From: Octopus vulgaris | Lineage: Eukaryota | Length of the DNA: 64,000 nt | Direction of reading: 5' to 3' | Assembly (NCBI GenBank): GCA_951406725.2 | Contig: OX597820.1 | Location: 35,030,001 to 35,094,000, forward strand | Shown here: positions 48,437 to 63,589 of the stretch, in pieces | Position numbering within the stretch: the stretch's first letter is position 1 | Layout of the letters: each line of letters starts with the position of its first letter | Made by a program: the position numbers and the translations under genes | The notes under the pieces: model-generated | Told to the model about the DNA's origin: nothing | Seen by the model: the letters and a program-made list of their open reading frames with translations, nothing else | Databases searched by the model: none

Positions 48437-49018
48437 TCTCTTATTATAAAAGGCAGATTTTATCTGCCTCCCTTTGTCTCTTATAGAAATCTACAATATA
48501 GGATTTCTTCAATTACAATTTACCTAGCATTTTTAAGAGTAGAATAAATCGGGTCGTGCCAGGTCCGGTTTTTAAAATTTCAACCCCAATTAAGCAAAAT
48601 TTAGAGAAAACTCATTGTGGTGAGTAAGTCAAGTGCTTTTCTTAGTGTGGGCTACAGCACACGCACACACACACAAAAACGGAGCGATCTGCTTCACTCA
48701 CGCTATCACGCTAATTTCTACTCCTTTCTCTTTGCAAGTGTGCAACGATTAAAGTGAAACTATTTCTATAAAACGAGAGAAGTGTACCTTAAACCACTAC
48801 TCAAAAAACAAACAGCAAACAGAAACAAATAAATACATAACGATTTACTCCTCACACAATTTCTTCAATTACAGTTTACCTATGATTTTTACAAGTACTT
48901 CCATTCGGTCATGCCATACAAAATTTCTTTCAATTTCACCCCCAATTAAGACAAAATTCGAGAAAACTCAATATTTTAACGTTTCAATCCGAAAGCATTG
49001 ATGTACATGTGTGCGTGC

Positions 49019-49063
<45 letters not shown>

Positions 49064-50095
49064 ATGGGATGTGCGACACAGAAAGTGTGGTGTGTAAGTG
49101 AAGTGCTTTTGTTAGTGTGTGTAAAGAGACAGAGAGAGTAATGTTGTGCTGTGTACCTAAAGCACGCACACACACACACACAAGCGGAGCGCGAACTTCA
49201 AAAGAACTTCGCGCGCTATCTATCTGGTTTGCCATTCCTCACACACACGCATACACATACATATATGACAGTGACAAACACAAACGTTTCAAACAACTAC
49301 ATACAAACACTCAAACACACACACACGTGTGTGTTTGTTATTAGTAAAAAAGGCGCCAAACACAACTCACTTCTCATTCGAACACATTTGCAAAAACACA
49401 CCGACGGTCGGATTGCCATAACAATACAGAAAAGGTAAATTGGTTTTTAATTTACTTTCTGTCGTTAAATTTTGGTAGTATTAATTGGCGAGCGTACCTC
49501 TGTTGTCAATCGTTGACAGAAAGAAATTGTAAGCTAAGAAGGTGTGTGTGTGCGTGTGTGTGTGTGTGCGTGCACGTGTGTGTGTGTGTGTGTGTGTCTG
49601 TGTGTGTGTGTAAGTATGTGTGTGTGTGTGTAGGAAGTGAAGGATAAAAATATTGCAAGAAGTGGACAGATGTACATATATACATCCATACATACATGTG
49701 TGTGTGTCTATGTATGTGTATTAATGTGTGTGTGTTATCTCTATATAAAGCTGAAGTTGTTTGTGTGCGCCACGTTTGGTAACCTTCAACTAACACTATC
49801 TCCTCCGAGACCCTGCTGCGCAAGTTGACCAAAATTGAGAGTATGATAGAAGAAGGGTTGCTCTTCCTTCCGTAGAACATAAAATTCAAATCGGACCATG
49901 TTAACACCAAAAATTATTTACATCAAAAAGCTGCTTTTTTCTATGAAAATCCCGATTTTTTACGATTTTTTCACTGCTGTGTCGCCACTTTTCGGTATAT
50001 TTCGACCAGAAAAATGTTCACAAAATTTTTACTTTTCAAAATTACAATTCTAGCAGGTCGAAACAAACCCGAGCAACGCCGGGCGATACTGCTAG
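48437..50095 (+). mobile_element. Non-autonomous Helitron, composite
   Basis: A|TC 5' end; 3' CCCGAGCAACGCCGGG hairpin then CTAG|T; second 5'-like end at 49738. Confidence 0.8.
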
Positions 50096-50278
50096 TATAT
50101 ATATAATCTGCTAATACGTTACCTGTACCACGTCCTCGCGTTGTTTTTTGTGTTTGTAATTCGTTTTTTGGGGAGGGATTTACTATAAATATATACATAT
50201 ATATATGTATGTATATATGTGTGTATGCATATATATGCTTGTATGTGTGTGTATGTATATATGTGTGTGCACTATGAC

Positions 50279-50326
<48 letters not shown>

Positions 50327-50400
50327 TAATTATGAGTGGACATCAAACGTCCACTCATAAATTTAAAACCTTGCGTAACTCCTTTCGAAAGAGAACATTT

Positions 50401-50460
50401 CACTGGGAGCGTGCTGGGCCCATAACCCAGAGGTCCGAAGATCGAAACTACGATCTGCTG
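50401..50460 (+). pseudogene. 5'-truncated tRNA-iMet pseudogene
   Basis: Matches from position 13 onward with 5 substitutions; the 5' acceptor strand is missing. Confidence 0.85.
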
Positions 50461-51105
50461 TTTGTAATTTTTTTATTATCATTAACGTGAACAAATGGTT
50501 AGGGTTATATGGCTGAATGTCATAATGTTGTGGGTTGAATACCTGGGTAGGGCAAGGTGTTATGTCCTTCAACTTTAAAAGGTGGGCATCATCAGTTGAT
50601 GTTTCTTTAGGGAAAACGGAGATCATCAAAATTTACATGAATCTGGTCATTATCAAAGAAAAGGAATATTTAATGGCACATTTCGATAATGAGATAATAA
50701 ATTTTATTGTACGTGAGGCCAACAATTATAGCTTTTGTACTTGAAAGTAAATGTAAAAATTAGCTTGAAGGAAAAGAGATATATTTTTGTCTTTTGCTTG
50801 TTTTGACGTACACGTTCATGCAATCCTTTCCTGCCGTTTAAGGGTTAGTTAAGCAATGCTCTTAAATCTCATGTTGTTCTAGTTAATCAGTAGAAAACGA
50901 ATAACAGCTGAGTGTTGGCGCAACCCTATCTCCTTTTAGCTATCACATTTCGGCGTGCTGCTGGATTAAAAGATGTTAGAGCCAAGACGGTGTCTATGTC
51001 TGCTTAAGATTACGTAGGCACATAAAACAATTAGCGAAAGTATGGTACACGTTACCAAGCCATTCGCGCTTGCGGATGATGATTATCTTTTTTAAAGTCC
51101 AACAC

Positions 51106-51298
<193 letters not shown>

Positions 51299-51805
51299 TA
51301 TAGATATTATTAATTTAATTAAAGAATTATTAATTTAATAATTAATAAATTTTACTAAGTAGTTCGGTATGGAAAAAAAAAGCCATTATCGGTAAAAACT
51401 TATACAAAAATTTTTCTTTTGATAATTATAAACATAATTAAGGGATTAGCAAAAGTTGCTTCACAACATACCGAAAATTTAGAAATAGCAGTCAAACTAT
51501 TAATTCTTCTACTACGATATATCTCCAATGTATCTATCTATCTATTTATTTATCTAGCTAGCTAGCTAGCTATCTGTGCATATGTGTGTGTGTGAATTAA
51601 AAATTAGATATAGAATACAAGAGAGAGTGGTGATCATGGTTTGTATTAACACGACAATAGCTAGTGCATGTTCCTGTATTATTAGATTTCATTGCAAAGT
51701 ATAGTGTATTCGCTACTGTATTCGCTATAGTGTATATCTTTGATAATCAGACCAGGCATAAAATATTTTAATGTTTTAGCTCTATCCCGTGTTCATTCAT
51801 ATATA

Positions 51806-52202
51806 TCTTTATATATAAAAGTGAAGTTGTGTGTCTGTCTCCTACGATTTAGATTCCTAACTACTCCCACATTTTGCGGTGCAGTTTAACCAAAACCGGG
51901 TATCTTATAGTCGTGATTCATATCGAGCCCTTCTGGGTATTAGCGCGCGTCTACGATGAGTCTACGATTTAAAAAAAAATTACCATCATTTTTTTCCATT
52001 TTAATGCATTTTTTCGCTATTATATAAGGGAAGTAACTCTCTAAAAATGTCTACGATGAGTCAACGATTTAAAAAAAAATTTACCATAATTTTTTCCCCA
52101 TTTTTAATGCATTTTTTTGCTATTTTCTGGCTATAACTCTCTAAAAATGCTTATATAGTTATTTCCCTTACAAACCCGAGCAACGCCGGGTGATACTGCT
52201 AG
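51806..52202 (+). mobile_element. Non-autonomous Helitron
   Basis: A|TCTTTATATATAAA ... CCCGAGCAACGCCGGGTGATACTGCTAG|T. Confidence 0.85.
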
Positions 52203-52497
52203 TCGTATCTAAGGATCTAACATTTTCATTTTGCCAGGGAAGGTTTGGTAAAGTTGAATGGTTTCATGTTGTCACAATTCTGCTAAATTCAGACACACTC
52301 CTTCACTGCATTATATATATTTAATTATTTCTTTTAAAAAATATATGTTCAGAACACGCTTATGATGGTGTAATTAGAAGCAATTAACAATTCTTGGATT
52401 ACTATAAGCAAGCACGACTGGTAACTTAATGCAAAATGTACGACAGCGCTCACTTATTACTCCTTTATGTCTCTAACCTGGGGTATATTAGTCGTGA

Positions 52498-52569
52498 AGC
52501 AGAGTGGCGCAGTGGAAGCGTGCTGGGCCCATAACCCAGAGGTCCGTAGATCGAAACTACGCTCTGCTA
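52498..52569 (+). tRNA. tRNA-iMet-CAT: tRNA-iMet (CAU), canonical copy
   Basis: Identical 72-mer; TTTTT at 52591. Confidence 0.97.
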
Positions 52570-52894
52570 AGCTAACAGGCTGCTTGCTACTTTTTACTAC
52601 TAAAATTCGAATAAACTAAAAATAGTATCTTATTTTTTACATCCAGTAACGGATTAATTTTCTTCGTTTGTCTCTTTCATCGCAGTTAATGGATAATTAT
52701 TTTATAAGGTAAATTGAATGCAACGACGAGTCAGTTTTACGGTATTTCCCTACCTAGTAAAATGTAACATTTTATTTTTGCTTTTTTTTTATATAAGCTT
52801 CTTTATCTATTTTTAGTCAAATGTCGGGCTATTGTAGCAGCCAATAAAAATGATTGTTGGTTCGTTCGTTCGTTCATTTCTCCAATCAAGCTTT

Positions 52895-53296
52895 TTATTC
52901 TTTTCTACTATAGGCACAAGGCCCGAAATTTTGGGTGTGTGGGCCAGTCGATTAGATCGACCAAAGTATGCATTGGTACTTAATTTATCGACCACTAAAG
53001 GATGAAAGGTAAAGTCGACCTCGGCGGAATTTGAACTCAGAACGTAGCGGCAGACGAAATACCGATTTCTTTACTACCCACAAGGGGCTAAACACAGAGT
53101 GGACAAACAAGGACAGACAAACGGATTAAGTCGATTATATCGACCCCAGTGCGTAACTGGTACTTAATTTATCGACCCCGAAAGGATGAAAGGCAAAGTC
53201 GACTTCGGCGGAATTTGAACTCAGAAGGTAACGGCTGACGAAATACTGCTAAGCATTTCGCCCGGCATGCTAACGATTCTCCCAGCTCGCCGCCTT
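52895..53296 (-). mobile_element. Dimeric Meta-type SINE
   Basis: head-core-tailA-core-tailB, as at 38392-38790. Confidence 0.85.
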
Positions 53297-53531
53297 AGTG
53301 AAGCTTTATATTGTATAGTGAGGGGAGGAGAGAGAATAAAAAGGAGTTAACAGAGTGAGAGAGAAAGAGAAATAAAGTCAGGGGTGAAGGAGAACAGGAA
53401 GTAATTAGAGTAGTTGTGGGATGAGTTATACTAATGAGTTATACAGTTATACGCCTGATATTATATAATAGCAAAATTATGCTTTCAAAGTTGTCTGTCA
53501 TATGATGGGTAGCACTCTGGTATATAAAATA

Positions 53532-53918
53532 CTAGCAGTATCGCCCGGCGTTGCTCAGGTTTGTAAGGGAAATAACTATAAAGCATTTTTAGAGAGTTAT
53601 AGCCAAAAAATAGCAAAAAAATGGAAAAAATTATGGTAAATTTTTTTTTGAGATTTAAAAAAAGTTAGAGTTGCGTCCCCTAGACAGTTTGTGGTTCGTA
53701 TTCCTGATTCTCGACCCCATGTCGAATTTATCGATTTTTTTTTCAGAACTGGGGGAACTTTTCAAAATTTTCGCTGCGTTAGTTTTGAATTATGACATTG
53801 GGCTATGTGTGTGTCAAGTTTCATCAGAATCGGTTGAAAGCCGTGGTCAGGGTGAGGGTACAAGCAAACAGACACACAGAAACATGCACAGACAAACTGC
53901 CGTTTATATATAGAGAGA
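53532..53918 (-). mobile_element. Non-autonomous Helitron
   Basis: Reverse complement A|TCTCTCTATATATAAA ... GCAACGCCGGGCGATACTGCTAG|T. Confidence 0.85.
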
Positions 53919-54269
53919 TATTACATATAAACACACACACACCACACACACGCACTCACACACACACATGCACTTATCCACACATGCACACACTAACACA
54001 CAGCCACACAGGCACAAATACACACACATTTGTATATGTCCTGGATGTAACTTTAAACTACATCCGTTAGTAGGACCATGATACGGAAGTTCGGGAATTT
54101 TGAGAAGTGTGGAACCTCCTATTAGCCACTCTCGTTCCTAGGTCTACTCTGACCCGGAGTGGTACCACCTGTTAGAGTCCCAACTATGGGGTAACTAGCC
54201 TGTGAACCACTGGATGTGAAGGAACACTAGTTCTCCTAAGAACTTACTTCTAGGTGAAGATAAACTCCA

Positions 54270-54659
54270 TTATTTACAATTGACGGATATTTGTCCTCAT
54301 CTTGTTTGTTGTTAACACAACATTTCGGCTGATATACCCTCCAGCCTCCATCAGGTGTCGTGGGGAAATTTCGAACCTGGGTTCTCATTCCTTAGGTATT
54401 TTTTGATGATGTTGTTGTTGTTGTTGTTATTATTATTATTATTATTATTATTCTATGTTTGACTTTTGCTTTATGTCTGTACAAGTTGGCTCCAAGTCTC
54501 ACCCAGAGAGACCTCAAGAGACAACAGGTTGGAAGTTCACGTTGTTGTTATGCTTAGTGTGCCATATATATATATATATTTTTTTGGTGTTGTACTAGTG
54601 AATGTCTAATACATAAATTAAAAAAAAAATTTGTTTTAAACATTGGGATTACATAGAGA

Positions 54660-54724
<65 letters not shown>

Positions 54725-54817
54725 TCATGGGCATATGGCGTAGGGGTTAAGAGCGCAGCCTACTAACCCCAAGATTCCGAGTTCGATTCCAGGCAGTGAC
54801 CTGAATAATAATAATAA
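54270..54817. mobile_element. Hammerhead-containing SINE: inverted body plus complete tRNA-like head
   Basis: Hammerhead on - at 54314-54359; head on + at 54729-54803 with A-box TGGCGTAGGGG and B-box GTTCGATTCC, followed by (AAT)n. Confidence 0.75.
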
Positions 54818-55553
54818 GAGATCCTTTCAAAATAAATAACGTAGTATTTCGTATGCTAACACAACAACCGCCATTGAACTCGAACCCACATCCCCACATA
54901 TGAAATCCACATATCAAAAACAAAGTTGTAAGTTATTTTTATATGCACGTATTTGTTCATTTAACTATTTAGCATCTAAGTTTTCAGATGACTTTGTCAG
55001 AGGCCCGTTTAGCCTAATGGCAAACCACTCAGACAAGTCTTGAGGGATGCGGGTTGGAGTCACATGGCTGTTTCTGGGCAAATTTTTCCACTTTGTAAGA
55101 ATAATTTACCCAGCATTTCTGCCGTTCTAATGGCAGTTCTGTATATTGTATCGTACTACCATTATCTACAACATTACTATTATCTACAGTTCCATCTTAA
55201 TCACTTAGATATTATTTAGCTCAGTTGAGATAGGATCTGCTTATTAGAACCGAAATGGAGTGTTATTCAATTCAGTGAGGCAGACGACACGTATAGAAAT
55301 GCTTAATATATCTTTAATGGCGGTTCTGTTCAGTGGCACAGACGAGAGACAATTATAAGAAAAGAATACAGCAAATAACTGAATATTACAGATATTTCTA
55401 ACTTCTTTTTCTATGATAATAATAATATTTTTATTTGCTACAGAGATATCAGATAAAGTGACATAATAATATGAGAATAACTGATACAGCCATATAAATA
55501 CTTTGTATACAAACTCAGAGAAACTCACACAAACACATATACACACACACATT

Positions 55554-55972
<419 letters not shown>

Positions 55973-56057
55973 TTTGAATTCGCCTTAAATGGTCCCTTTG
56001 CATACTGAACACTTGGTGAAATTGATTAATAATTAATTAATTTTACCCTCAATTGTT

Positions 56058-56093
<36 letters not shown>

Positions 56094-56535
56094 AAGAGAG
56101 AGAGGGAGAGAGAGCAATATTCATAGTTATGCATATCTATACATCTATGAAGCTAAATGCCTGCGCGCATGTATGTGCATGAGTATATATACACACATAT
56201 ATACAAAACATTATATATACACATACACATATACATGCATGTATAATACATATACATATGTATATATATATGTGTGTGTGTGTGCCAACGCATGAAAATC
56301 TCGAACCTTGAATCACTCTGTTGCTTCAGCTAAATATTGATAAAAGCATGATATAAGTATGCATATATATAATATGAAGTGGCTGTGTGGTAAGTAGCTT
56401 GATTACTAGCCACATGGTTCCGGGTTCAGTCCCACTGCGTGGCACTTTGGGCAAGTGTCTTCTACTATAGCCTCGGGGCCGATCAAAGCCTTGTGAGTGG
56501 ATTTGGTAGACGGAAACTGAAAGAAGCCTGTCGTG

Positions 56536-56650
<115 letters not shown>

Positions 56651-56820
56651 CTGTGTATATATGTATGTGTGTGTGTGTGTATATATATATATGTATCTGT
56701 GTATATATGCATATAAAGTTAATCCAAACAAGAAAACAGAAAAAAAGAGAAAAAAACACAGCAACGCAGGACGTGGAACAATTAAAGTATCATTGACGCT
56801 CAGGAAAGAAGGGAAGGAGG

Positions 56821-56855
56821 GTTTAACGTTTCGAGCGGAGCTCTTCGTCGGAAAC
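56821..56855 (-). ncRNA. Minimal type I hammerhead motif, same family as 10049
   Basis: Reverse complement: GTTT-CCGACGA-A-GAGC tcc GCTC-GAAA-CGTT-AAAC with palindromic AACGTT; 56716-56895 aligns with 10010-10182. Confidence 0.7.
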
Positions 56856-57174
56856 AAGGAGAAGGAAAGATCCCAAGGAGGGAAGACAGAGGAGACAATA
56901 TTTGAGCTGGTGGTGCTTAAGGGATCACATGTTGAAAGAACAGAATTTGAAGGTAGTTGAAAAATGGTTTTATAATGCAAGAGAGTTCCAAAAAAAGGGA
57001 ATGCCTGTGTGTGTGTGTGTGTGTGTGTGCAAGATGACAAGTGTGTTTGTGCGTGCGCGCGTGTGTGTGTGTGTGTGTATTTTTGATGAATAAAGGTAAT
57101 GACAAAGCCAGCTGTGGTGATGACTGCTAGCTGTTTGTGCCAAGCTAGGTCAAAGCCAGGTCAAAAAACATCAT

Positions 57175-59520
57175 AGTGTGTGTGTGTGTGCATGTGTGTG
57201 TTCGTGTGTGTATGCGTAGAGTGTGGGTGTGTGGCGTAACCTAGTACGTGTGTGCTTGTACGTGTGTGTGTGTGTGTAGGGGATGTATATGTGGGTTCAT
57301 TTGTGTGAGAGTGTATGTATGTGCGTGTATGTGTGCGTTTGTATGTGTTGGTGTGTATGTGTGCGTGCGCGGATAGGTGTATATTGTGTATGTATATCTG
57401 TCGGTGTGTATGTGAGTTTGTGTGTGTTTGTGCGCGTGTATGTGTGTGTGAGTGTATAGTATATATATATATGTAAATTTGTGTGTGTGCGTGCGTGTGT
57501 GTGTACGTGCGTGCGAGTGAATGTATGTATATATGTGTGCGTGTGTGTACAATGTAGGGGCTTATATGTGTGTTTATATGTGTGTGTGTATGTATGTGTG
57601 TATGTGTGTATGTGCATGTATATATGTATATATATGCGTGTGTGTATGTATGTATGTATGTATGTGTGTATGTGTATGTGTGTATGCATGCGTGTGTGTA
57701 TGTATGTATGTGTGTATGTGTGTGTGTATGTGTGTATGTATGTATGTATGTATGTGTGTGTGTGTGTATGTGTGTGTGTATGTATGTATGTACGTACGTA
57801 TGTATGTGTGTGTATGTATGTATGTATGTACGTATGTGTGTATGTATGTATTTTTGCATGCGTGTATGTGTGTATGTGCGTGTGTGTACATATGTATGTT
57901 TATGTATGTGTGTGTATGTATGTATTTATGTATGTAGTGTATGTATGTGTGTGTATGTATGTATGTGTGCATGCGTGTATTTGTGCATGTGTGTGTGTAT
58001 GTATGTATGTATATATATGTGTGTGTATGTGTGTTTGTATGTATGTATATGTGTGTGTATGTATGTGCGTATGTATGTATGTGTGTATATGTGTGTGTAT
58101 GTATGTATGTATGTATGTATGTGTATGTGTGTAAGTTTGTGTGTATGTATGTATGTATGTACGTGTGTGTGTATGTATGTGTGTATATGTATGTATGTGT
58201 GCGTGCGTGTGTGTGTATATGTGTGTGTATGTGTGTGTGTGTATGTATGTATATGTATGTTTGTGTATGTATGTATCTATGTATGTATGTGTGTTTGTAT
58301 GTGTGTATATATGTATGTATGTGTGTATGTGTGTGTGTGTGTATGTGTGTGTGTATGTGTGTAAGTGTGTATGTATGTGTGTGTATGTATGTATGGACGG
58401 GTGTATGTGTGTAAGTGTGTGTGTGTATGTGTATGTGTATGTATGTATGTATATGTACGCGTGTGTGTATGTATGTATGTGTGTATAGTATGTGTGTGTG
58501 TATGTATGCATGTGTGCATGCGTGTATATGTGCATGTGTGTGTCTGTATGTATGTATATGTATGTGTGTGTGTATGTATATATGTGTCTATGTATGTATG
58601 TGTGTATGTATGTGTGTATGTGTGTGTGTATGTATGTGTGTGTATGTATGTATGTAAGTGTGTGTGTATGTATGTGTGTATGCATGTGTGTGTGTATGTA
58701 TGTGTATATATGTATGTATGTGTGCATGCGTGTATGTGCGTGTATGTACGTATGTGTGTATATGTATGTGTATGTATGTATATGCATGTATGTGTGTATG
58801 CATATATGCATGTGTGTATGTGTGTGTGTATGTATGTGTGTATTTGTGTATGTATGTGTGTATGTATGTATGTGTGTGTGTGTGTGTGTGTATGTATGTG
58901 TTTGTGTGTATGTGTGTGTATTATGTTTGTGTGTATGTGTGTATCTGTGTATGTGTGTTGTATGTATGTATGTATGTATGTGTGTGTGTACATGTGTGTA
59001 TGTATGCATGTATGTATGTGTGTGTATGTATGTGAGCGTGCGTGTGTGTGTGGGTATGTGTGTGTGTATGTATGTGTGTATGTATATATGTGTGTGTGTG
59101 TATGTGTATGTGTGTGTGTGTGTGAATGTATGTATGTGTGTGTATGTATGTGTGTGTGTATGTATGTATGTGTGTGTGTATGTATGTGTGTGTATGTATG
59201 TATGTGTGTGTATGTATGTATGAATGTATGTATGTATGTATGTATGAATGTATGTATGTATGTATGTATGTGTGCGTGTGTGTGTATGTATGTATGTATG
59301 AATGTATCTATGCATGTATTATGTGTGTGTACGTATGTATGTGTGTGTGTGAATGTATACGTGTGGGGGGGTTTGGAGTTGTAAGGTACATGTGCGTGTG
59401 TGCGCTTACGTGCGTGTACATATACACACACATACATATTTATATATGAATATATATATATATATAAATAATGATGTATGTGTATGTATGTGTATGTATG
59501 TATATATGTATATATTACAT
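57175..59520. repeat. Compound degenerate (TG)/(TATG) tract
   Basis: 2.3 kb of alternating purine-pyrimidine sequence. Confidence 0.95.
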
Positions 59521-59821
59521 GCGCATACGCTCATGGATACAATGATTTCATTGAGATAAAGTCACGGCAATCATTGTTTTATTTTATTTAATATTACATA
59601 ATATCCTTTATCTTCTATCTGTTACTCATTTCAGTCACTAAAGTGCGGCCGTGCAGAGGTAATTATCCTATCGGTTCCTCTTTGCCAAACTACTAAGTCA
59701 AGGGGACATGAACAAATCAATATCTGTTTTCAAGCGGTGGTGGAGAACAAAAAGATACGCATAAAAACAGAACAGATACACACATATTTGCATATAAACA
59801 TACGTACATACATAAACATCC

Positions 59822-59855
<34 letters not shown>

Positions 59856-59876
59856 ATATATATATATATGTATGTA

Positions 59877-59931
<55 letters not shown>

Positions 59932-59934
<3 letters not shown>

Positions 59935-60316
59935 GCTATGTGGTAAGTAGCTTGCTTACCAATCACATGGTTCCGGGTTCAGTCCCACTGCGTGGCATCT
60001 TGGGCAAGTGTTTTCTACTATAGCCGACCAAAGCCTTGTGAGTGGATTTGGTAGACGGAAACTGAAAGAAGCCTGTCGTATATATGTATATATATATGTG
60101 TGTTTGTGTGTTTGTGTTTGTCCTCCCAACATCGCTTGACAACCGATGCTGGTGTGTTTACGCGCCCGTAACTTAGCGGTTCGGCAAAAGAGACCGATAG
60201 AATAACTACTAGGCTTACAAAGAATAAGTCCTGGGGTCGATTTGCTCGACTAAAGGCGGTGCTCCAGCATGGCCGCAGTCAAATGACTGAAACAAGTAAA
60301 AGAGTAAAGAGTAAAA
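59932..60316 (+). mobile_element. CORE-type SINE
   Basis: Same family, low divergence. Further partial copies near 40-510, 34810-34935, 47290-47668, 56378-56535 and 59625-59775. Confidence 0.88.
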
Positions 60317-61035
60317 AGTGTATATAAATACATACATATACATTCCTGAATGGTGCATTGTTAGACTGCACTATCCAATATGTACTTTATTCCAACACTA
60401 AAGTAAAACTGGAGTGAAATTAAGTTGCTACTTCTAGCAAAGCCAAGTGATGAGGTAGGTGTTCCCGCTTTGGTTCGATATATCCCTGTGTGTTCGGTTT
60501 CGCTGTTAAACAAAGGTTCACGAAGGTCTTTCGGCAGATTGAGACGAGGATCATCATTTGAGTACTGTATTATGCTTAAGCTTTTTATCATCAAGATTTA
60601 ACAAGTAGCAGTAGTATAGTATTTGATTTCAATCTAAACCATTAGAAACTAAAATCTAAGAATCTCTGAATTAAAGTAGATGAAATTCTATCGATCAGAG
60701 AAAGAGAGGGCGAATCCATAAAAGAAAATGGCACCATAAATGGTACTAAAGTACACAAACCATTGACGGAAGTCCTTAATTTAGAACAGCTACAAATCGA
60801 TAAAATAAAAGAACCACAAATATTCATATAGAATTGCAAAACCGAGAAAAGAAATTCTCGTTATTTGAAATCTATAGAAATCAATAAAGCAGAAGAACTA
60901 GAAATTTTGATGAAGAATAAAGCCCAAAGAAAGAATTCTTTATTAAAAGACAACTAGAAATCAATAAACAGGAACCACAAATGCTGAGTAAGGAAAATAG
61001 CGAAAACGAATTTGAATAAATGAATGAATAAATAA

Positions 61036-61156
<121 letters not shown>

Positions 61157-62559
61157 ATGATGGTAATAATAATAATAATACCTATTAATTTCGTAAAAGT
61201 TCTTCCAACCTGTCTGGCTCTAAACTCTCAGGAGTTTTCGTATCAGAGACTGAAATGTTTATAAATATTGCAGACTTACAGTATATTTGTCTTACTAATA
61301 CGGAAATCACAGTTATTTTAGCACAACTAGGGTTGGGCCGAAAGTGTCAAATTCTCAACGAAACTAATACAGAACCAGCAACAAGATAGCATAAAAAAAA
61401 AATTTTTATTATAAAAAGTTCATTAATATATTTTGCATCCATTGAACAAATTGCTAAAATTGTAACATTAACTGGCTATATTTAAGGTCGCATCAATATG
61501 CAGTATCTGTGTTGTTGCTTAGCCGCCGATCAGCTCTGAGTTGACCTCGGATCAAAGACATTCTAACCGTGACCATCCAGATGGATAGGTGGGTGGATGG
61601 ATGGATAGACTGCTATTTCTAAAAATTGGAGAGACCACTTATAGGCTCTTTCGTTGTCTCCTAGTACATCTATAGACCAATTTGTTTCAATATGGTATAT
61701 CCATTGATCAAGTTTAATAAAATGACATTCTTTGGCGACGGTGCTTAGTGTTTTTGATTTCGATGAATACTGTAGATTAAATATAAGAAATTACTACCAC
61801 ATTTGATATGAAAAGTTCAGCAAAATTGTTTTAAAGTTTTAAAAGAAAGACTAGAAAAAAGAAGCAAGCAAGCTATTTCTTGCCTTATTTCATTAATTAT
61901 ACTTCTGTATATGAAGATTATGCATAACCCATTTTTCAAAACACTCAAGTACCGATAACGATTTTCTAAAACCTCAAATTAATTCGAGATGTTACAAAGG
62001 ATCAAAAGCGAGTAGCAACGTCAAATTGTTCTTTGCCTTACTGAGATAAATTCACCAATATTTACTTCATTTCAATAACTCTGCCCTTGTGAACAAATAA
62101 TCACTGCTATATGGTTGTCTAAAACCACCAGTATTTTAAACATTTCTTTGCGAAAAACTTGTCTTAGAATTACGTTGTGATTTAGCTAATTAACAAAATC
62201 TAATTTTCGTTAAATGACTGGTGCATTTCTAAAACCGAGAAATACTTTAAACTATATCAAAATAGCATACATTCCAAAATATGATTTTCAAATATAAGAT
62301 TTGCTGTAAAATAAAGCTTCATATCGAGTTTTCAAGACAATACACACATAAAACATTAAATTAGAGTACTGAAGCGGGGATAATTGTAATGTTTGCAAAT
62401 CATGATCAGGAAAACAAAAAGCGAGATTGATATTTTGAAAATTATCTCCTTTAGAGCATGAACGTTTCTGTAATTTCATATTGCCCCCAAAACCCAATGA
62501 AATTTGTTTTAAAGAAAGAATAGAATTACCGTCTAACATATTCGGTTATAAAATTTCTC

Positions 62560-63390
62560 TATTTAACACTTGAATAGAGTGTTAGAATATAACGAATAAA
62601 TGAGAATTATGATTTTATCACAGACGCAAGTGTCTTGTTTCCGTACAAGGCTTTACAGCAAGCGAAGATACTGAAATTTGAGCAAGAATTCTTTCTAAAT
62701 GGAACAAACAAACCAAGATCTAACCTTACAGTCGGTGGCAGAAGAATGCCAAAGGATAGTAAACCTGAAACACGCTGTAGAAAAATTTCAAGAGAAGGAT
62801 TCCTCAAAAATACCGATATGTCGACCAGAAAAGTACAATCAGAAACGAGCACCACGTTCTAATCCATTTTATGGATGTGGGGGCATGCATTTCAGAAAAG
62901 ACTGTTCATTTGAATATCAAAAATGTTACAGTTGCAAAAGAATTGGTCACAAGAGTTCACACTGCAGAACAAAATTACGAACGTCAAACGTTAAAAATCA
63001 GAAACCAAAATCTACTCCCAACTAAAAAAATTCGTACACATAAGAATAGATTCAATTGGATACTGGAAGTGATATTTCAATAATAAACACACATGGAAGA
63101 AAATAGGAAAACCTATGTTGAGAAAGACAGCGAAATCTGCTCGAAGCGTAACTGGCGATAAATTGCATTTCATAGGCGAAATGTGGACTAATGTCACATT
63201 TCGAGTGAAAACATAAAAGGCGAAAATCTTCGTCGTTAAAAATCTGTTTGGTACCGATTGGTTAGAATTATTCGATTTATCGGACCTCCTCATAAATCTC
63301 TATTGTAAAACCGTAAATGGTTGACCCTCTAAATATAATTCGTCTGAAAAATTAAAGAGAAATGTTTTTTTAATGTTTCCGCAAGTACTC
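62560..63390 (+). mobile_element. Ty3/gypsy gag-protease remnant
   Basis: Tandem zinc knuckles (GCGGMHFRKDC, CYSCKRIGHKSSHC) then aspartic protease QLDTGSDISII and WKKIGKPML in shifted frames. Confidence 0.8.
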
Positions 63391-63589
63391 TCGAACCTGG
63401 GACCATGTGGTTGCTGAGAGAACACCTTAATCGTTGGGCCATACTGTTTCTAATTGGGAGCCCCACCTGCCAAAACACCTCTTTTCTAGTTCAGAACCAC
63501 CATGGATCTAGTGGAAGATACTCAAAGACCTAAGAACGATCAAATGTTGCTTTGGTTAGATGGGGCTACCAGACTGGCACAATGAGGAG

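Noticed and set aside
55002-55070. tRNA-like GCCCGTTTAGCCTAATGG...GGGTTGGAGTC
   Set aside because: Cloverleaf does not close; probably a decayed SINE head.
57161-59449. Long ORFs up to 471 aa rich in H/T/Y/I or C/V/M/Y
   Set aside because: Translations of alternating TG/TA repeats that rarely produce stops; open in most frames. Same applies to 7157-8767 and 44518-44986.
60345-61020. Coding-like stretch with repeats such as QLQIDKIKEPQ and QLEINKQEPQ
   Set aside because: Multiple stops and a frameshift, no recognisable domain; needs a tblastx search before any call.
61740-62560. Possible degraded DNA transposase
   Set aside because: No catalytic motif or terminus could be identified by eye.
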